Assembly: GCA_902727985.1 (NCBI GenBank)
Contig: CACVAY010000103.1
Location: forward strand, 11,086 to 75,085
Length of the DNA stretch: 64,000 nucleotides
Direction: 5' to 3'
From: an uncultured Thiotrichaceae bacterium
GTDB taxonomy: Bacteria; Pseudomonadota; Gammaproteobacteria; Thiotrichales; Thiotrichaceae
In this document: piece by piece, positions 61,701 to 64,000 of the stretch
How positions within the stretch are numbered: the stretch's first letter is position 1
How the letters are laid out: the number at the start of each line of letters is the position of its first letter
Notes under the pieces: model-generated
The model's input: only the letters and a program-made list of their open reading frames with translations
The model's database searches: none
What the model was told of the DNA's origin: nothing
Made by a program: the position numbers and the translations under genes

Positions 61701-64000
61701 AACGGTGGGGGAGATCCCTAAAAATTCGGTGGATAATTTAACAAAGGGTATGGACGTTAAGATCTGCCTCACGCGTTATCCTCGCAAAAATAGCAATAAA
61801 AATCCGGTTGTGATGCTTCATGGTTATAGCGCCAGTGGAACATCATTTACGCACAACACCATCAATAAAACCTTGGTTGAATCATTTTGGGAAGATGATC
61901 GTGATGTGTGGATCCTGGATATGCGTACCAGCGCGGGTATGCCAACAGCGAGGTATCCATGGCGTTTTGAGGATGTAGCACAAAACGATATTCCCGTTGC
62001 CTTTAATTATATCTATGAGATGTGCAACAACAAGCCGGTTGATGCTTTGGTGCATTGCATGGGGTCAGTGATGTTCAGTATGTCAGTATTGATACCGGAG
62101 AGGATTAATTTTGACAATGCATATTTCAACAAGCTGCCTGCTTTTGATAAAAATATGGATAAGAGCCGTTTTTATGAAAAGCGTGTGAATGCTGTTATTT
62201 ACTCTCAAGTGACACCGATGGTGGTGTTTAGCCCAGGTAATCGTTTTCGGGCACTTTTAACCTCCTATTTGAAAGAATTGATTCCCCAGGATTATCACTT
62301 CAAACCTGTCAAAGAGCCTGGTTTGCTGGATCAAATACTTGACCGAGTGCTCTATACGCTTCCTTATCCAAGAAGCGAGTTTGATAGAGAAAACCCACCT
62401 TACAAGCCATGGAAGCGGGTAACTTTTGCGCGGACTCGTCATCGTATGGATGCGCTTTATGGCAGAGATTTTAATTTGCAGCAAATTGATGATGAGGTCA
62501 TGGAGAATATTGATGACCTATTTGGGCCGCTGAGTATTGATACGGTCTCTCAAGCCATTCACTTTAATCGGCAAAATATCATTACCAATCCTTATGGCAA
62601 GAACGAATACGTGTCTTTTGAAAATATGCAAAACTGGACGTTTCCCACCTGTGGTTTTCATGGGGGTTCGAATGGTTTAGCAGATATTGCAACGGCTGAG
62701 CGTACCAAACACTTTTTTGAATCCGCTGGACATGATTACCACATTATTCAGCACCCGGGTAAATATGGGCATCAGGATTCCTTGATAGGCCGAGATGCCC
62801 ATAAGGATATTTTTAAGCCCATTTTAAGATTCCTTCGTGAGCTTGAAGATAAAAAAGCAAAGACGGGTGACGAGCGTGTTGAAAAAGTGAAAGTGGTCAC
62901 AGAGGCGGGGGATGTTGATATCGAGATGCCCTGGTTTGGTCCTGTTTGTTATCCTGCTGACCAGAGCAGTAAAGCGAGAGTGCTGGTAGGCATTGACCCA
63001 ATACTCACCACAGCATATCCCCCTGTGTTTATTCCGATAACACGTACGGAAACGGGCGGACGAGCAATAATGGATGCGGGGGGCTTAAGTTTGCAGCGGG
63101 TTATTAGTGAGTACACAACCGTCTTTTTGAACCATTATCGAGATTCTAACTTTGAAAATTTTCAGCGTGAGCATCAATGCTTTGTTGAAAATTACCCTGA
63201 GTATTTATTACCACATAGCACTGAAATTGATGAGGTATTGGTCGTATTGCCCTATTTACGTTTCCCTGAAACGCCAGCGAAAACTGGCTCAGTTGATATT
63301 AAAGCTGCACAGGGGATGTTAAAAAAGGCGATATGTGACTTTGTAAACTCTGAGGGGGATATCAGTCTGGCTTGCATTCAACCGTATGGAGATAAGGATG
63401 AACAATCAGATACGATCATGGTAGCGTTTGGTAGCTGTCAATATACACATGGAATGCTGGATGAGGAGTTGTCATTCAAGAGTTATCATAAGCTTTCCAA
63501 TCGTCTGGCAGATGAAAAAGAGAATAAGCCTGATTTACTTTTGTTAATGGGGGATCAGGTGTATACCGACCCAACTGCGGGGTTATTTGATCCGCGTTCG
63601 AATGCTGATCGGTTTATTCAGCCCTATAAGCGTTGGTTGAGCAATAGGTTTGTACGCGATGTATGCCGTCAACTTCCCATGTATAGCATGCTGGACGATC
63701 ATGAAATCGTCGATAATTGGGAGCCAATTGCAAAGAAGGCTCAAGAGGTCTACCCAGAATACGCTGCTGATTTGAGAGAGAAAGCTGAGTATGGTGTGCG
63801 TGCTTATCTCTGTTTTCAGCGAGGAAAATTTGACCAGGATATTCAAGAAAAGTCACGAAATGATCTTCCAAAACTCTGGTATAGCTTTCAACGTAAGGGT
63901 TTTGACTTCTTCATGATGGATACTCGCACGGATCGTGGCATTAGAACGGCAACGGCAGAAGATGGGCTAATTTCTCAAGCACAATGTGATGATCTGAGAG
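58735..64000 (+). CDS. Multidomain fusion: GMC (cholesterol-oxidase-like) oxidoreductase + alpha/beta hydrolase + PhoD-like phosphatase, 3' end beyond the window
   Basis: Manual translation from the ATG at 58735, all in one frame. GMC: IIGSGYGG, LGGGSLINAG, CTLCGDCATGC, VHPLGG, LGINPALTI. Hydrolase: MLHGYSASG, VHCMG, YGHQD. PhoD: FGSC, MGDQVY, LDDHEIVDNW, DTR. Confidence 0.9.
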   Translation, partial: MSAQMQFSKGWIAEGLEQCIVEQESHGSQVADFDVIIIGSGYGGAIAAAELAGAKDSEGNTISVCILERGKEFIPGMFPAAEEELPAEVRVTAQGSKRSMGAMDGLFDLRMGPELNVVLGNGLGGGSLINAGVMDRPLKNVFQTGWPRAFTESAKMDAYYDEASELVGSSVGNEPNTILRHNSHQAEPLKKYQSLKELSHLNIENCSFRAAPITVCMQEGELNSADIPLHACTLCGDCATGCNHGAKNSLDTNLLVTAKQRGARIFTGASVIKLDEGENGVWELEVVHTQSSLRIKQGHPYSLRAKKVIVAAGALGSTEILTRSQQQTQLEFSARLGKGFSSNGDMLAVGYKQNQEANTIADEAVEFSKRHVGPTITGMIDRRDPLNKKGLLIEEMSVPAAMKRVFAELYTTANTLHSMENYDTGRHQRAYVKNDPASINQDALKHTSLYAVMGHDDNVSQGRLELQPTSLFPTDNTSKYQEGVIQIHWPELGKEPLFTQQIKTLAEMLKESGVGGKVIANPGWKLLPDSMMSLVDNQVGALTTVHPLGGCSMADDVESGVVDDCGRVFRRMAKQDDPYYSGLYVLDGAIIPSSLGINPALTIAAVSLRAVRCLKKEWGYSDASGEAVVEVPTPRPICNEPPLPKDNQPTEIEVVERLSGDARITDDKGESHDVVIEVTLSFASKKVLDLCRMSAESDHEAEAGRLRTKDNKDTHELERNQIRVYLKKDWETLQRTIYSPEHMNKFGSNLAYLEKEMDKAATFIGDVSGTLDVFTRDKSYFVPRVARVLGYSWLFNRGLRDTWQQMFPKHYEKKPGHGERKEGVLKRIVKPISNSLKLASRAGEKRMLEYALNIDDVRVGKNFRSLKGTSIKGFKVFTYARRANPWWQLAEIYLTDFQGLEKHPTEKKTILRLDTRYLARINVPLLRLSRQSDQYKALMDVMSLGMYVVRLLVSIHLWSFRSPDTPAPHEPKRLPQKITGLPEPEVKMLTVGEIPKNSVDNLTKGMDVKICLTRYPRKNSNKNPVVMLHGYSASGTSFTHNTINKTLVESFWEDDRDVWILDMRTSAGMPTARYPWRFEDVAQNDIPVAFNYIYEMCNNKPVDALVHCMGSVMFSMSVLIPERINFDNAYFNKLPAFDKNMDKSRFYEKRVNAVIYSQVTPMVVFSPGNRFRALLTSYLKELIPQDYHFKPVKEPGLLDQILDRVLYTLPYPRSEFDRENPPYKPWKRVTFARTRHRMDALYGRDFNLQQIDDEVMENIDDLFGPLSIDTVSQAIHFNRQNIITNPYGKNEYVSFENMQNWTFPTCGFHGGSNGLADIATAERTKHFFESAGHDYHIIQHPGKYGHQDSLIGRDAHKDIFKPILRFLRELEDKKAKTGDERVEKVKVVTEAGDVDIEMPWFGPVCYPADQSSKARVLVGIDPILTTAYPPVFIPITRTETGGRAIMDAGGLSLQRVISEYTTVFLNHYRDSNFENFQREHQCFVENYPEYLLPHSTEIDEVLVVLPYLRFPETPAKTGSVDIKAAQGMLKKAICDFVNSEGDISLACIQPYGDKDEQSDTIMVAFGSCQYTHGMLDEELSFKSYHKLSNRLADEKENKPDLLLLMGDQVYTDPTAGLFDPRSNADRFIQPYKRWLSNRFVRDVCRQLPMYSMLDDHEIVDNWEPIAKKAQEVYPEYAADLREKAEYGVRAYLCFQRGKFDQDIQEKSRNDLPKLWYSFQRKGFDFFMMDTRTDRGIRTATAEDGLISQAQCDDLR

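Noticed and set aside
58685..63871. Short ORFs (58685, 58857, 60971, 62257, 63583, 63614)
   Set aside because: They are shadows of the long frame starting at 58735.

Overview
Core-genome window from a roughly 40% GC gammaproteobacterium (GC estimated by eye; Thiotrichales-like is an inference only). From left to right it holds an RND efflux pair (pump truncated at the left edge), queA, an RluA-family synthase and prc, then a two-armed Wzx/Wzy exopolysaccharide locus (10.1-29.7 kb) interrupted by three small genes. Next come hrpA, a BI-1/YccA gene and a Pil-Chp chemosensory operon (pilG-pilH-pilI-pilJ-chpA-chpC). After that are a lipoprotein with an Ig-like and a GH-like domain, pepA-holC, a small MITE-like element, dnaG-rpoD-tRNA(CAU) and a membrane hybrid histidine kinase. 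The window ends in a >1755-codon ORF missed by the ORF track, which fuses GMC oxidase, alpha/beta-hydrolase and PhoD domains. The top finding is that chpA is split into two overlapping frames joined by a candidate -1 programmed ribosomal frameshift cassette: A_AAA_AAA at 40298-40304, a 5-nt spacer, a perfect 9-bp stem and a possible pseudoknot. One gene could thus yield both a 596-aa FimL-like protein and a ~1775-aa full ChpA. A homopolymer sequencing error is the main alternative explanation.
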